From assembly GCA_016186695.1 (NCBI GenBank), contig JACPLC010000001.1, positions 32,284 through 96,283 of the forward strand: a DNA stretch of 64,000 nt, in the 5' to 3' direction. A program made the position numbers and the translations under genes. This DNA is from Candidatus Kaiserbacteria bacterium (GTDB lineage Bacteria > Patescibacteriota > Minisyncoccia > Phycocordibacterales > UBA2100). Positions 38,230 to 47,234 of this stretch are shown one piece after another. The notes beneath the pieces were generated by a model that worked only from the letters and a program-made list of their open reading frames with translations, was not told where the DNA came from and did not search any database. Each line of letters opens with the position of its first letter. Within the stretch, counting starts at the first letter, position 1.

Positions 38230-38931
38230 ATGACTCACGTTGTCCATCCATACGCACATCGTCTCGGCGTCATCCGCGACTGGAAAAGCCGCTGGTTTGC
38301 AAAAACTCCTAAAGAGTTCCGCGTGAATGTGATGGTTGACGCTGCGATACGACGTTTCCTCCGGAAGCGCCTGCGCGGGCACTACATCACCTCGGTGGAG
38401 ATCGAGCGGAGCGAAAAGCACATCCGATGTTTAATCAAGACCTCGCGCCCCGGTCTTGTCATCGGCCGCGGCGGAGAAGGCTCGACGAAACTCACGAAGG
38501 AGATCGAGGAGATCGTCCGCAAGGTGCCGAACGCACCGAAACTCTCGGTGCGTCTCGATATCGAAGAGGTACGCTCTCCCGAGAGTCAGGCGCCTGTCGT
38601 TGCCTACATGGTTGCCGAGGGTCTCGAAAAGCGACAGACGTTCCGCCGCGTACTCAAGCAGACCGTCGAGAAAGTGATGGCCAATCGTGATGTACAGGGT
38701 GTGCGTATTGCAATTGCCGGCCGCTTGGGCGGAGCGGAGATGTCACGCTCAGAGGAGATAAAGAGAGGCCGCGTGCCGCTTCAGACAATTCGTGCCGATA
38801 TCGATTTCGCCCGCGAGATGGCGTATCTGCCCTACGGCGTCATTGGCATCAAAGTCTGGATCTATCGCGGAGAAATATTTGCGGACGAGAAAAAGTCCGC
38901 CCAAGGCGGATCGGCCTCGGGCCGAAAATAA
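38230..38931 (+). CDS. rpsC: 30S ribosomal protein S3
   Basis: S3 KH plus C-terminal domain sequence, 233 aa. Confidence 0.95.
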   Translation: MTHVVHPYAHRLGVIRDWKSRWFAKTPKEFRVNVMVDAAIRRFLRKRLRGHYITSVEIERSEKHIRCLIKTSRPGLVIGRGGEGSTKLTKEIEEIVRKVPNAPKLSVRLDIEEVRSPESQAPVVAYMVAEGLEKRQTFRRVLKQTVEKVMANRDVQGVRIAIAGRLGGAEMSRSEEIKRGRVPLQTIRADIDFAREMAYLPYGVIGIKVWIYRGEIFADEKKSAQGGSASGRK

Positions 38932-38934
38932 TCT

Positions 38935-39357
38935 ATGCTTGCACCCAAAAAAGCGAAATTCAGAAAATGGCAGACAGGCCGCCGCCATGAGCGCAGGCAG
39001 CATGCGCCTGAAACCCGTGGCATCACGGTTGCCTTCGGGGCGTTCGGGCTTCGCGCGATAACACCCGCGCGTCTTACCTCCAATCAGATAGAATCGGCAC
39101 GTCGTGTTTTGGTGCGCGCAGGCGGAAAGACTGCAAAAGTGTGGGTCCGCGTATTTCCCGACAGGCCGTTCACCCAAAAAGCAGCCGAAGTCGGCATGGG
39201 GAGCGGGAAGGGCGACGTCGCAGGCTACGTTGTCGAAGTGCGCCCGGGGAGGGTGATCTTTGAGATCGACGGAGCGCCTGCCGATATGGCGCGCGAAGCG
39301 CTGCGTAAAGCCGGCACGAAACTTCCCTTAAAAGCACGCGTCGTTGCGCGACAGTAA
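38935..39357 (+). CDS. rplP: 50S ribosomal protein L16
   Basis: L16 family sequence. Confidence 0.95.
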   Translation: MLAPKKAKFRKWQTGRRHERRQHAPETRGITVAFGAFGLRAITPARLTSNQIESARRVLVRAGGKTAKVWVRVFPDRPFTQKAAEVGMGSGKGDVAGYVVEVRPGRVIFEIDGAPADMAREALRKAGTKLPLKARVVARQ

Positions 39358-39367
39358 GCAAATCGCT

Positions 39368-39565
39368 ATGAAAAAGGTTGAGTACACATCTTGGAGTGCG
39401 GAAGATCTGAATAAGGAGATCGCGGAGAAACGCGAGGCCTTGAGGAATTTCCGCTTCGGCGGAGCAGGAAGCCGCACGCGCAACGTTCGTGAAGGCCGCA
39501 ACCTCCGCAAAGAGATCGCGCGGATTCTCACCGAACTTCGCAGCCGCGAGACGTCACGGCAATAA
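39368..39565 (+). CDS. rpmC: 50S ribosomal protein L29
   Basis: The ATG at 39368 is in frame with ORF 39344..39565. The sequence is L29-like. Confidence 0.85.
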   Translation: MKKVEYTSWSAEDLNKEIAEKREALRNFRFGGAGSRTRNVREGRNLRKEIARILTELRSRETSRQ

Positions 39566-39571
39566 CAGCAT

Positions 39572-39832
39572 ATGGAAACCACTCAAAAACAAGGCAAGAT
39601 TCTTTCGGGAATCGTCGTGAAGGCGGCGATGAAAGACACGGTGACCGTACTTGTGGAGCGCTACGTGATGCATCCGAAATACAAAAAGTACCTGCGGAGA
39701 GGGAAGAAGTATCTCGTGCACGATCCGGGGAATAGCGCGAAGGTTGGTGACAAAGTCACGATCCACGAAGCTCGTCCGATCTCCAAGCGGAAGCACTTCG
39801 TCATTGTCTCGAGGCCGGACGATCGAAGCTAG
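39572..39832 (+). CDS. rpsQ: 30S ribosomal protein S17
   Basis: S17 family sequence. Confidence 0.9.
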   Translation: METTQKQGKILSGIVVKAAMKDTVTVLVERYVMHPKYKKYLRRGKKYLVHDPGNSAKVGDKVTIHEARPISKRKHFVIVSRPDDRS

Positions 39833-39841
39833 AAACTATAT

Positions 39842-40222
39842 ATGTTGCAAGATCGCTCACTCGTTAAGATTGCTGATAACTCCGGCGGCATCGTCGGCAG
39901 GATCTTCAAGGTCCTCGGCGGCTCGCGAAAGCGCGCCGCGGAGATCGGCGACGAGGTTGTCATCTCGATACAGACCGCCCAGCCGCGAAAGCTCGTCAAG
40001 AAAAAAGAGGTGCACCGGGCTGTTATCGTGCGTCAGACAAAACCGTACCGGCGTTCCGACGGCTCCTACGTGCGCTTCGACGAGAACGCCGTTGTCCTGA
40101 TCGCGGGAACCGGAAAGGAACCGAAGGAGCCGAAGGCGAATCGCGTCTTCGGGCCCATTCCGCGCGAGCTCGCCCTGCGCGGCTATCAGAAAATCGCATC
40201 GCTTGCGCCTGAAGTCGTATAA
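39842..40222 (+). CDS. rplN: 50S ribosomal protein L14
   Basis: L14 family sequence. Confidence 0.95.
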   Translation: MLQDRSLVKIADNSGGIVGRIFKVLGGSRKRAAEIGDEVVISIQTAQPRKLVKKKEVHRAVIVRQTKPYRRSDGSYVRFDENAVVLIAGTGKEPKEPKANRVFGPIPRELALRGYQKIASLAPEVV

Positions 40223-40228
40223 ATCTGT

Positions 40229-40540
40229 ATGAAATTACGTAAAGGAGATAAAGTGATAGTAATTGCAGGCAAGGAACGCGGGAAAACCTCGACGATCGTT
40301 CGCGTGTTGCCGCAGGAGAATCTCGTAATCCTCGACGGGCTCAATCTTTCGAAGCGTCACCGGCGCCCTTCAGCACAAAATCGCAAGGGTCAGATCATCG
40401 AACGCGCGATGCCGATGCACGTATCGAACGTCATGATCGTCGACCCAAGGTCCGGGAAGCCCACGCGTGTGAAATTCAGTCGCGACAAAGAAGGCACTCG
40501 TATTCGCATCGCAGTCAAAAGCGGGCAGGAGATCAAATAA
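40229..40540 (+). CDS. rplX: 50S ribosomal protein L24
   Basis: L24 KOW sequence. Confidence 0.9.
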   Translation: MKLRKGDKVIVIAGKERGKTSTIVRVLPQENLVILDGLNLSKRHRRPSAQNRKGQIIERAMPMHVSNVMIVDPRSGKPTRVKFSRDKEGTRIRIAVKSGQEIK

Positions 40541-40543
40541 TCT

Positions 40544-41080
40544 ATGAACGCAACCTCACACAAAACGATGTTCGACGTGATGAAGGGCGATTTTGGCTAC
40601 ACCTCGCCCATGCAAACGCCGCGTGTGGTAAAAATCATAGTTTCAAGCGGTGTTGGCAAAGCCAACAAGGATAAAAAGCGCATGGATCTCATCGTGGATC
40701 GCCTTGCACGCATCACGGGCCAAGCGCCCGCACCTCGTGGCGCCAAAAAGGCGATCGCGAACTTCAAATCACGCAAGGGTGACATCGTCGGCTATCAGGT
40801 GACTTTGCGTGGCGCACGTGCCGCGGCTTTCTTAGAGAAACTCATTCATATTGTCTTTCCGCGCACCAAGGACTTCCGCGGCCTGAAATCTTCCTCGATC
40901 GATGAAATGGGGAATATCACCATTGGTATCAAGGAGCACACGGTATTTCCGGAAACAGCGGATGAGGACTCGAAGGACATATTCGGCCTCGCCGTAACGA
41001 TCGCCACGACTGCCAAAGACAAGAAAGAAGCCGAAAGCTTTCTCCGCCACCTCGGTCTCCCGTTACGCGAAGCAAAATAA
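40544..41080 (+). CDS. rplE: 50S ribosomal protein L5
   Basis: L5 family sequence. Confidence 0.95.
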   Translation: MNATSHKTMFDVMKGDFGYTSPMQTPRVVKIIVSSGVGKANKDKKRMDLIVDRLARITGQAPAPRGAKKAIANFKSRKGDIVGYQVTLRGARAAAFLEKLIHIVFPRTKDFRGLKSSSIDEMGNITIGIKEHTVFPETADEDSKDIFGLAVTIATTAKDKKEAESFLRHLGLPLREAK

Positions 41081-41261
41081 GTTTGACTTCTAACCGTATC
41101 TCGCGTATATTTTGCAGGCCTCGCAGGGGGCTTTGTTTTTAAATGATCCTGAGCGTAGTCGAAGGATATCGTAAGAACAAGGTCACGCAGGAAGCTTCCG
41201 TAACGTAGTCCGTAAGGACACGTGCAGGAGCTTCAAGCTTCTCCTTTCGCGGCGCACATTC

Positions 41262-41447
41262 ATGGCAAAAAAGTCACTTATCGTTAAGGCAAACCGAAAG
41301 CCGAAGTTCTCTTCGCGCACGGTGCGGCGCTGCTTCAAATGCGGCCGGCCGCGCGGTTTTATGCGCGATTTCAATCTCTGCCGTATCTGCTTCCGCGAGG
41401 AAGCTTTGGAAGGAAATATTCCAGGAATAAAAAAGAGCTCATGGTAA
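41262..41447 (+). CDS. rpsN: 30S ribosomal protein S14 type Z (zinc-binding, 61 aa)
   Basis: C-x2-C ... C-x2-C arrangement [20 protein letters not shown]. Confidence 0.9.
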   Translation: MAKKSLIVKANRKPKFSSRTVRRCFKCGRPRGFMRDFNLCRICFREEALEGNIPGIKKSSW

Positions 41448-41833
41448 ACGATCCCGTCGCAGATCTGGTTGTTCGACTCAAGAACGCCGCAGCGATCGGC
41501 AAGCCGTCTGTTTCGGTACCCTTTTCTAATTTCAAACTTGCGATCGCAGAGACGCTAAAAAACGCGGGCTACGTGAAAACGGTGGAGAAGAAAGGAAAAA
41601 AGGTAAAGAAGGTGCTCGACATCACGCTCACCTACAATGAGGGCAAACCGGCGATTTCTGGCGTGAAGCGCATCTCCAAGCCGGGGAGGCGGGTATACCG
41701 CGGCGCGCGCGAGCTCTTCGCGATCCGCTATGGTCACGGCGCTCTCATCCTCTCGACACCAAAAGGGGTGCTGACGAATGCAGATGCGCGTAAGCAAAAG
41801 GTCGGAGGAGAGGCGCTTTTTGAGGTTTGGTAG
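41441..41833 (+). CDS. rpsH: 30S ribosomal protein S8
   Basis: The ATG at 41441 overlaps the rpsN stop. The sequence is S8 family. Confidence 0.9.
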   Translation: MVNDPVADLVVRLKNAAAIGKPSVSVPFSNFKLAIAETLKNAGYVKTVEKKGKKVKKVLDITLTYNEGKPAISGVKRISKPGRRVYRGARELFAIRYGHGALILSTPKGVLTNADARKQKVGGEALFEVW

Positions 41834-41860
41834 TTCGACTACGCTCACTATAAATAATGT

Positions 41861-42406
41861 ATGTCGCGCATAGGAAAAAAGCCAATTCAGATCCCCTCGG
41901 GCACCGATGTGTCGGTTGGCTCTGGCGAGGTGATCGTAAAAGGGAAAGGCGGCACACTAAAGCGCACGGTTCATCCGGCGGTTGCGATATCGATTGCAAA
42001 CGGAGAGGTGACTGTTGCACCCGCATCCGAAAGTCGTCTTGCGCGCGCACTCTGGGGCACGTATGCAGCGCATGTGCGCAACATGATCGCGGGCGTGAAT
42101 ACTCCGTTTACGAAAAAGCTCATTGTGGAGGGTATCGGCTATCGTGCGGAAGTTGCAGGTAAAGCACTGAAGCTTTCGGTCGGTTTCTCCCACCCCGTGC
42201 TTGTTCCTGTGCCCGAAGGCGTAACCGTTTCGATCGACAAAGGAACTATCGCGATCGTAGGCGCGGATAAAGAGAAGGTTGGTCAGTTTGCCGCCGCAGT
42301 GCGCGCGAAACGCGTACCCGAGCCGTACAAGGGCAAGGGCATTCGCTACGAGGACGAAGTGGTGCGTCGCAAGCAGGGCAAGAAGGCAGCTGTCGCAGCG
42401 GCATAA
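41861..42406 (+). CDS. rplF: 50S ribosomal protein L6
   Basis: L6 family sequence. Confidence 0.95.
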   Translation: MSRIGKKPIQIPSGTDVSVGSGEVIVKGKGGTLKRTVHPAVAISIANGEVTVAPASESRLARALWGTYAAHVRNMIAGVNTPFTKKLIVEGIGYRAEVAGKALKLSVGFSHPVLVPVPEGVTVSIDKGTIAIVGADKEKVGQFAAAVRAKRVPEPYKGKGIRYEDEVVRRKQGKKAAVAAA

Positions 42407-42424
42407 CATTTTTCATTTGAGCAT

Positions 42425-42772
42425 ATGACACTTGCAATAAAACAACAGAAACGACAGAGGCGGCACCGGCGAGTGCGTGCAAAAGTTTTTGGCAACGCGA
42501 AGCGGCCGCGTCTTTCGATTTACAAATCGAACACCGCGCTCCTTGTGCAGATAATTGATGATTCAAAAGGAGCGACCCTAGCGTCAGTTTCCTCGGCGAA
42601 GGAATTGGGAAAGACGCCGCTTGAGCGTGCGGAAGCCGCTGCATCTACACTCGCGAAGCGTGCTAAAGAAAAGGGCATCCGCGCCGTCGTCTTCGACCGA
42701 GGTGGATTCCAGTATGTAGGGTCGATAAGGGCGTTTGCCGATGCGGCGCGTGCAGCCGGATTGGACTTCTAA
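42425..42772 (+). CDS. rplR: 50S ribosomal protein L18
   Basis: L18 family sequence. Confidence 0.9.
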   Translation: MTLAIKQQKRQRRHRRVRAKVFGNAKRPRLSIYKSNTALLVQIIDDSKGATLASVSSAKELGKTPLERAEAAASTLAKRAKEKGIRAVVFDRGGFQYVGSIRAFADAARAAGLDF

Positions 42773-43381
42773 ATGTATATGACAACTGAACACAACATCG
42801 AGGAAGTCGAGGTAACATCGGTCCCTGCGGAAGTATCTGCCGCACCGGAAGAAAAGGCTATACCGGAGGAGCGGCCGGAGCGAAGACAATTCACCCGCGG
42901 ACGCAGGAGAGGTCCCCGCGGGGAGCGCGGCCGTGGGCGCGACGACCGCCGGAGCGAATTTGCACAGAAGTTGATAGGCATCCGGCGTGTTGCGCGTGTC
43001 ATGGCGGGCGGACGTCGCTTTAATTTTTCTGCCGCGCTCGTCTTGGGAGACAAAAAGGGGCGCGTCGGTGTCGGCGTCGGCAAGGCAGCGGATACTGCAC
43101 TTGCGATAGAGAAAGCGACTCGCGCGGCGAAAAGATCCATGATCACGCTGGATCTCAAGGAGGGGAGGAGCATCCCGCACAACGTCGAAGCGAAGTACTG
43201 CGCGTCGCGTGTCGAGATCCGTCCCTCGCCGGGACGCGGTCTCGTCGCGGGCTCATCCGTGCGCACTGTCTTGGAGCTCGGCGGTGTGTCGGATGTTACG
43301 GCGAAGATCCTCTCGCGAAGCCATAACCCAATCAACAACGCGCGCGCGGCTATCGAGGCGCTGCGAAAAATTTCGAAATAA
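42773..43381 (+). CDS. rpsE: 30S ribosomal protein S5 with an N-terminal acidic/basic extension
   Basis: S5 dsRBD plus C-terminal domain sequence. Confidence 0.9.
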   Translation: MYMTTEHNIEEVEVTSVPAEVSAAPEEKAIPEERPERRQFTRGRRRGPRGERGRGRDDRRSEFAQKLIGIRRVARVMAGGRRFNFSAALVLGDKKGRVGVGVGKAADTALAIEKATRAAKRSMITLDLKEGRSIPHNVEAKYCASRVEIRPSPGRGLVAGSSVRTVLELGGVSDVTAKILSRSHNPINNARAAIEALRKISK

Positions 43382-43383
43382 AA

Positions 43384-43526
43384 CTATGCCCGGTAGTACA
43401 ATTTCGAATCGCCTTGGTATGAATAATCACCAGACTATGACAAGACAAACCACGTCATCGGTATTACTAAGCGTGCGCAGTTGGAGCCGCGGCAGTAATT
43501 ATTCGAAATTGTACTAACCGGGTATG
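43384..43526 (+). mobile_element. Second copy of the MITE-like or structured IR element, between rpsE and rplO. It has the same termini as the first copy, the right arm ends at the rplO ATG, and no L30 gene is present here.
   Basis: Arms tatgcccggtagtacaatttcgaat / attcgaaattgtactaaccgggtatg. The inner stem differs from copy 1 but is still complementary. Confidence 0.55.
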
Positions 43527-43991
43527 CAACTCAACCAATTACATCGTCCCAAAAATCTGAAGCGCGGAAAACAGCGTGTGGGAAGGGGTCAATCCAGCGG
43601 CCGCGGCAAACAATCGGGTCGTGGCGGCAAGGGCCAGACCGCGCGCGCCGGTGCGAAGATCCGCCCCGAGTGGCGCGACATCATCAAGAGACTTCCGAAG
43701 CGGCGCGGTTTTGGCAAAAACCGCGGGCGTACTGTCGTAGGGACTCGCCCCGACGCACTTGCGCTCTCCGTAGGACGTCTTGAGAAACTCTTTGAATCAG
43801 GGGCGACTGTTTCTTCGGCTACGCTCTCGGAGCGTGGCGTCGGGGGGAGGAAATTTCGGTCGGTTAAGATTGTCGGCCCCTCAAATTCGCTCGGGGCAAG
43901 CGGTTTTACGAAGAAATTGACTATCAAGGGAATCGCGGTTTCTACGTCGGCCCGCGCGGCTATCGAAAAAGCCGGTGGTAGTATCATGTAA
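43524..43991 (+). CDS. rplO: 50S ribosomal protein L15
   Basis: L15 family sequence. Confidence 0.9.
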   Translation: MQLNQLHRPKNLKRGKQRVGRGQSSGRGKQSGRGGKGQTARAGAKIRPEWRDIIKRLPKRRGFGKNRGRTVVGTRPDALALSVGRLEKLFESGATVSSATLSERGVGGRKFRSVKIVGPSNSLGASGFTKKLTIKGIAVSTSARAAIEKAGGSIM

Positions 43992-43993
43992 CT

Positions 43994-45268
43994 ATGTGGG
44001 ACGCATTTGTTCGCAAGGTAAGGCTCATCATCGAAGACGAAACGCTACGCAATCGCGTCCTCTTCGTTCTCGGTGCGCTTATCGTCTTCCGCGTTCTTGC
44101 AGCTATTCCGATTCCCGGCATTGACGCTGCTGCTCTCGCAAACTATCTCGGAAACAACCAGTTCCTTGGTCTTCTCAACATTTTTTCGGGCGGCGGCTTC
44201 TCGACACTTTCTATCATGATGATCGGGGTTTCCCCGTACATCACAGCCGCGATAGTGATGCAACTTTCGACGGTTCTTTCGCCGCGCCTCAAAGCGCTCT
44301 ATCAGGAGGAAGGCGACGCGGGCCGTCAGCGCTTCATGCAATATTCGCGCTACCTCACGGTGCCGCTCTCGTTCATTCAGGCGTTCGGCTTTCTCATTCT
44401 GTTGCAGCAGAACAGCATCGTACCGGCGCTCGACGCTTTGCACCTACTTGCCAACGTCTGCGTTATCGCGGGAGGAGCGATACTCCTGATGTGGATCGGC
44501 GAACTTATCACGGAGTATGGGGTAGGAAACGGGGTTTCTCTCATAATCTTTGCTGGTATCGTCGCGGGGATTCCCTCTGCGCTCTCGCAATTCGCGTTTA
44601 CCTTCGATGTTGCGCAAGTGCCCGCGTATGTCGGATTTGCCGTCGCCGCAGCCGTTATTACGGCCGGCGTTGTCTTCATTACGGAAGCAGAGCGCCCGAT
44701 ACCAGTCACCTATGCACGCCGCGTGCGCGGCATGAAAGTGTTGGGAGGGATCTCCACGTACCTGCCGCTGCGCGTAAATCAGGCGGGCGTGATGCCGATC
44801 ATCTTTGCGCTCTCAATCCTTCTCTTTCCGCAGATGATCGCCTCCTTCCTTGCCCAAAGCTCCATTCCGTTCATTGCCTCACTTGCCGCCTCTGTCGCTT
44901 CGGGACTTGCAAATAACTGGTTGTACGGTGCGCTCTACTTTTTGCTCGTCGTCGTGTTTACCTACTTCTATACGGCGATCACCTTCGAGCCGCATCAGGT
45001 TGCAAAGAACCTACAGAAAAACGGCGCCTTTATCCCCGGTGTTCGTCCGGGCGGGACGACCGCCGACTACCTCGGCACGATAATCACGCGCGTCACGTTG
45101 GTCGGTGCACTCTTTTTGGGCTTTCTTGCGGTCTTGCCCATTATCCTTCAGGGTATTACCGGCATTACCGCTCTCACGATAGGCGGCACGGCACTCCTCA
45201 TTGTCGTATCAGTTGTTCTCGATGTCGTAAAAAAGATTGACGCCCAGACGTCTATACGGGAATATTAG
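43994..45268 (+). CDS. secY: Preprotein translocase SecY
   Basis: 10-TM SecY with conserved plug and hinge motifs, 424 aa. Confidence 0.95.
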   Translation: MWDAFVRKVRLIIEDETLRNRVLFVLGALIVFRVLAAIPIPGIDAAALANYLGNNQFLGLLNIFSGGGFSTLSIMMIGVSPYITAAIVMQLSTVLSPRLKALYQEEGDAGRQRFMQYSRYLTVPLSFIQAFGFLILLQQNSIVPALDALHLLANVCVIAGGAILLMWIGELITEYGVGNGVSLIIFAGIVAGIPSALSQFAFTFDVAQVPAYVGFAVAAAVITAGVVFITEAERPIPVTYARRVRGMKVLGGISTYLPLRVNQAGVMPIIFALSILLFPQMIASFLAQSSIPFIASLAASVASGLANNWLYGALYFLLVVVFTYFYTAITFEPHQVAKNLQKNGAFIPGVRPGGTTADYLGTIITRVTLVGALFLGFLAVLPIILQGITGITALTIGGTALLIVVSVVLDVVKKIDAQTSIREY

Positions 45269-45270
45269 AC

Positions 45271-45858
45271 ATGAGCACAAAGCAGGTCGTCGTGATCGCC
45301 GGTCCTTCAGGGAGCGGCGAAAGTACGGTTACCCAGCGTATCGTCGATCGATATCCGAAGCGCGTGAAGCGACTTGTCACGGCAACGACGCGTCCGCCGC
45401 GAGCCGGAGAAAGAAACGGCACCGACTACTATTTTTTCTCGAAGGAGGAATTCGCAAAGCAAGAGGGAAATGGTCGGATTCTCGAATCGACATACATCAA
45501 GAATCGTGATACCTACTACGGCACGTATGCGCCTGATCTGGAGAAAAAGATTGCCTCAGGAAACATCGTTATCGTAAATCCTGACCTGGTTGGCGCACGC
45601 TACTACAAAGACCACTACGGCGCAGTAACGATTTTCATCGTGCCCGAAAATGTCGACGCGCTCGAGCGAAGGATTCGGGAGCGCTCGCCTGATCTGAGCG
45701 AAAAGGAGATCGCGTACCGCAAAGAGAATGCGGTGCGTGAGATGCAAAAAGAGCAATCGTTTTACGATCATGTTGTCGTGAACGCCGACGGAAAACTCGA
45801 CGCAGCGGTCGAACAGGTCGTGGCGATTCTCAAAAAAGAGGGCTATACTCTCGAGTAA
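45271..45858 (+). CDS. gmk: Guanylate kinase-like protein whose P-loop reads GPSGSGEST (Glu where the Walker-A Lys is expected)
   Basis: Contains the GMP-binding signature TTRPPRAGERNGTDYYFFSKEEF. Confidence 0.7.
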   Translation: MSTKQVVVIAGPSGSGESTVTQRIVDRYPKRVKRLVTATTRPPRAGERNGTDYYFFSKEEFAKQEGNGRILESTYIKNRDTYYGTYAPDLEKKIASGNIVIVNPDLVGARYYKDHYGAVTIFIVPENVDALERRIRERSPDLSEKEIAYRKENAVREMQKEQSFYDHVVVNADGKLDAAVEQVVAILKKEGYTLE

Positions 45859-45859
45859 T

Positions 45860-46453
45860 ATGGCTCCTGTTACGGTTGCGTTTTTTGGTATTTCCGGAAG
45901 TGGCAAGGGCACCCAGTGTGTGCTCCTCGAAGATTATCTCAAGGAGAAAGATCCTTCGCGCGGCGTCGTGCGCCCCGAGATGGGAGACCTTCTGCGCCGG
46001 TTCATGCAAAGCGGGACATCGCTAGGCAAGCACATCGCCGAGATCGTTAATTCCGGCGGTCTCGTTCCGTCGTTCATGCCTATTTACATGCTCACCGGCG
46101 TTTTGAATGAACAGTTTGATGGCTCGCAGCATTTGATCCTCGATGGAACGTGCAGACGACCCGATCAATCGCGCGCGGTCGACGACATGATGCGGCTTTG
46201 GAAACGCGAAAGCCTGCAGGCAGTCGTTCTCAAACTTTCGAAAGAAACGGCGAAGCAGCGTCTCGTCGCACGCGGAAGGGTTGACGATGCAACAGACGAA
46301 GCACTCGCGAGCCGCTTCGCGTGGTACGAAGAACATGTCGTCCCTTCAGTCGAGGAGCTTCGCAGTCTCGGATGGACGGTCCACGAAGTCGACGGCGAGT
46401 CAGATGTCGAAACGGTCCACAAAAGAATTCTCGCAACTCTCAAGCTTGCATGA
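45860..46453 (+). CDS. adk: Adenylate kinase-family nucleoside monophosphate kinase
   Basis: P-loop GISGSGKGTQ, in the position after secY, with an LVPD-like sequence. Confidence 0.6.
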   Translation: MAPVTVAFFGISGSGKGTQCVLLEDYLKEKDPSRGVVRPEMGDLLRRFMQSGTSLGKHIAEIVNSGGLVPSFMPIYMLTGVLNEQFDGSQHLILDGTCRRPDQSRAVDDMMRLWKRESLQAVVLKLSKETAKQRLVARGRVDDATDEALASRFAWYEEHVVPSVEELRSLGWTVHEVDGESDVETVHKRILATLKLA

Positions 46454-47220
46454 TTGCGAAGAAGGCCGAAGAAATTGAGATCCTGCGCGAGGGCGGCCGA
46501 CGCCTTGCACGGCACGTGCGGATTTTGAAAGACATAGTTGCGCCCGGCGTTTCGTCGGCTTTTCTTGAGACGAGGGCGCGAGAGATGGTGGCCAAAGACG
46601 GCGACGAAATGGCATTTTTTGGCTATAAGGGAAAGAAAGACAGAGAAGGATTCCCCTCGGGCCTTTGTGTTTCGGTGAATGACGTCATCGTGCACTCTCC
46701 CGCCGGCCAAAACGGAAAAGTCATTGAGGAGGGCGATGTCGTCTGCATCGATTTCGGCATCCGGCACCGCGGACTCTACACCGATCACGCGGTCACTGTT
46801 ATCACAGGAACAGCAAAAAGTCCTGACGACGAAAAACTTGTTCGCGGGACGCAGGAGGCGCTCGCCGCAGGTATTGCGCAGGCGCGTATCGGAAATACAA
46901 CGGGTGACATCGGCTGCGCAGTTGAGAAAATAGCCGAGAAATACAGCTTCGGATACCCTAAAAATCTCTCGGGTCATGGTGTCGGGAAACAAGTGCACGA
47001 AGAGCCGCATATCCCGAACTTCGGCAAACGTGGGGAGGGAGAAAAACTGGTGGAGGGGATGGTGATCGCGATAGAGCCGATGATGACTCTCGGTTCGGGT
47101 GAATTATACGTCGACAAAGACGGACATTCGTATCGCACGAAAGACGGTTCCCGCACCGCGCATTTCGAGCACACTGTTTTGATAACGAAAGACGGGCCAG
47201 AGATTTTGACGAAGGAATAG
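46450..47220 (+). CDS. map: Methionine aminopeptidase type I
   Basis: The ATG at 46450 overlaps the adk stop. A pita-bread fold with metal-ligand D/H/E residues is present. Confidence 0.9.
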   Translation: MIAKKAEEIEILREGGRRLARHVRILKDIVAPGVSSAFLETRAREMVAKDGDEMAFFGYKGKKDREGFPSGLCVSVNDVIVHSPAGQNGKVIEEGDVVCIDFGIRHRGLYTDHAVTVITGTAKSPDDEKLVRGTQEALAAGIAQARIGNTTGDIGCAVEKIAEKYSFGYPKNLSGHGVGKQVHEEPHIPNFGKRGEGEKLVEGMVIAIEPMMTLGSGELYVDKDGHSYRTKDGSRTAHFEHTVLITKDGPEILTKE

Positions 47221-47234
47221 GCTAGAATGCGTCC

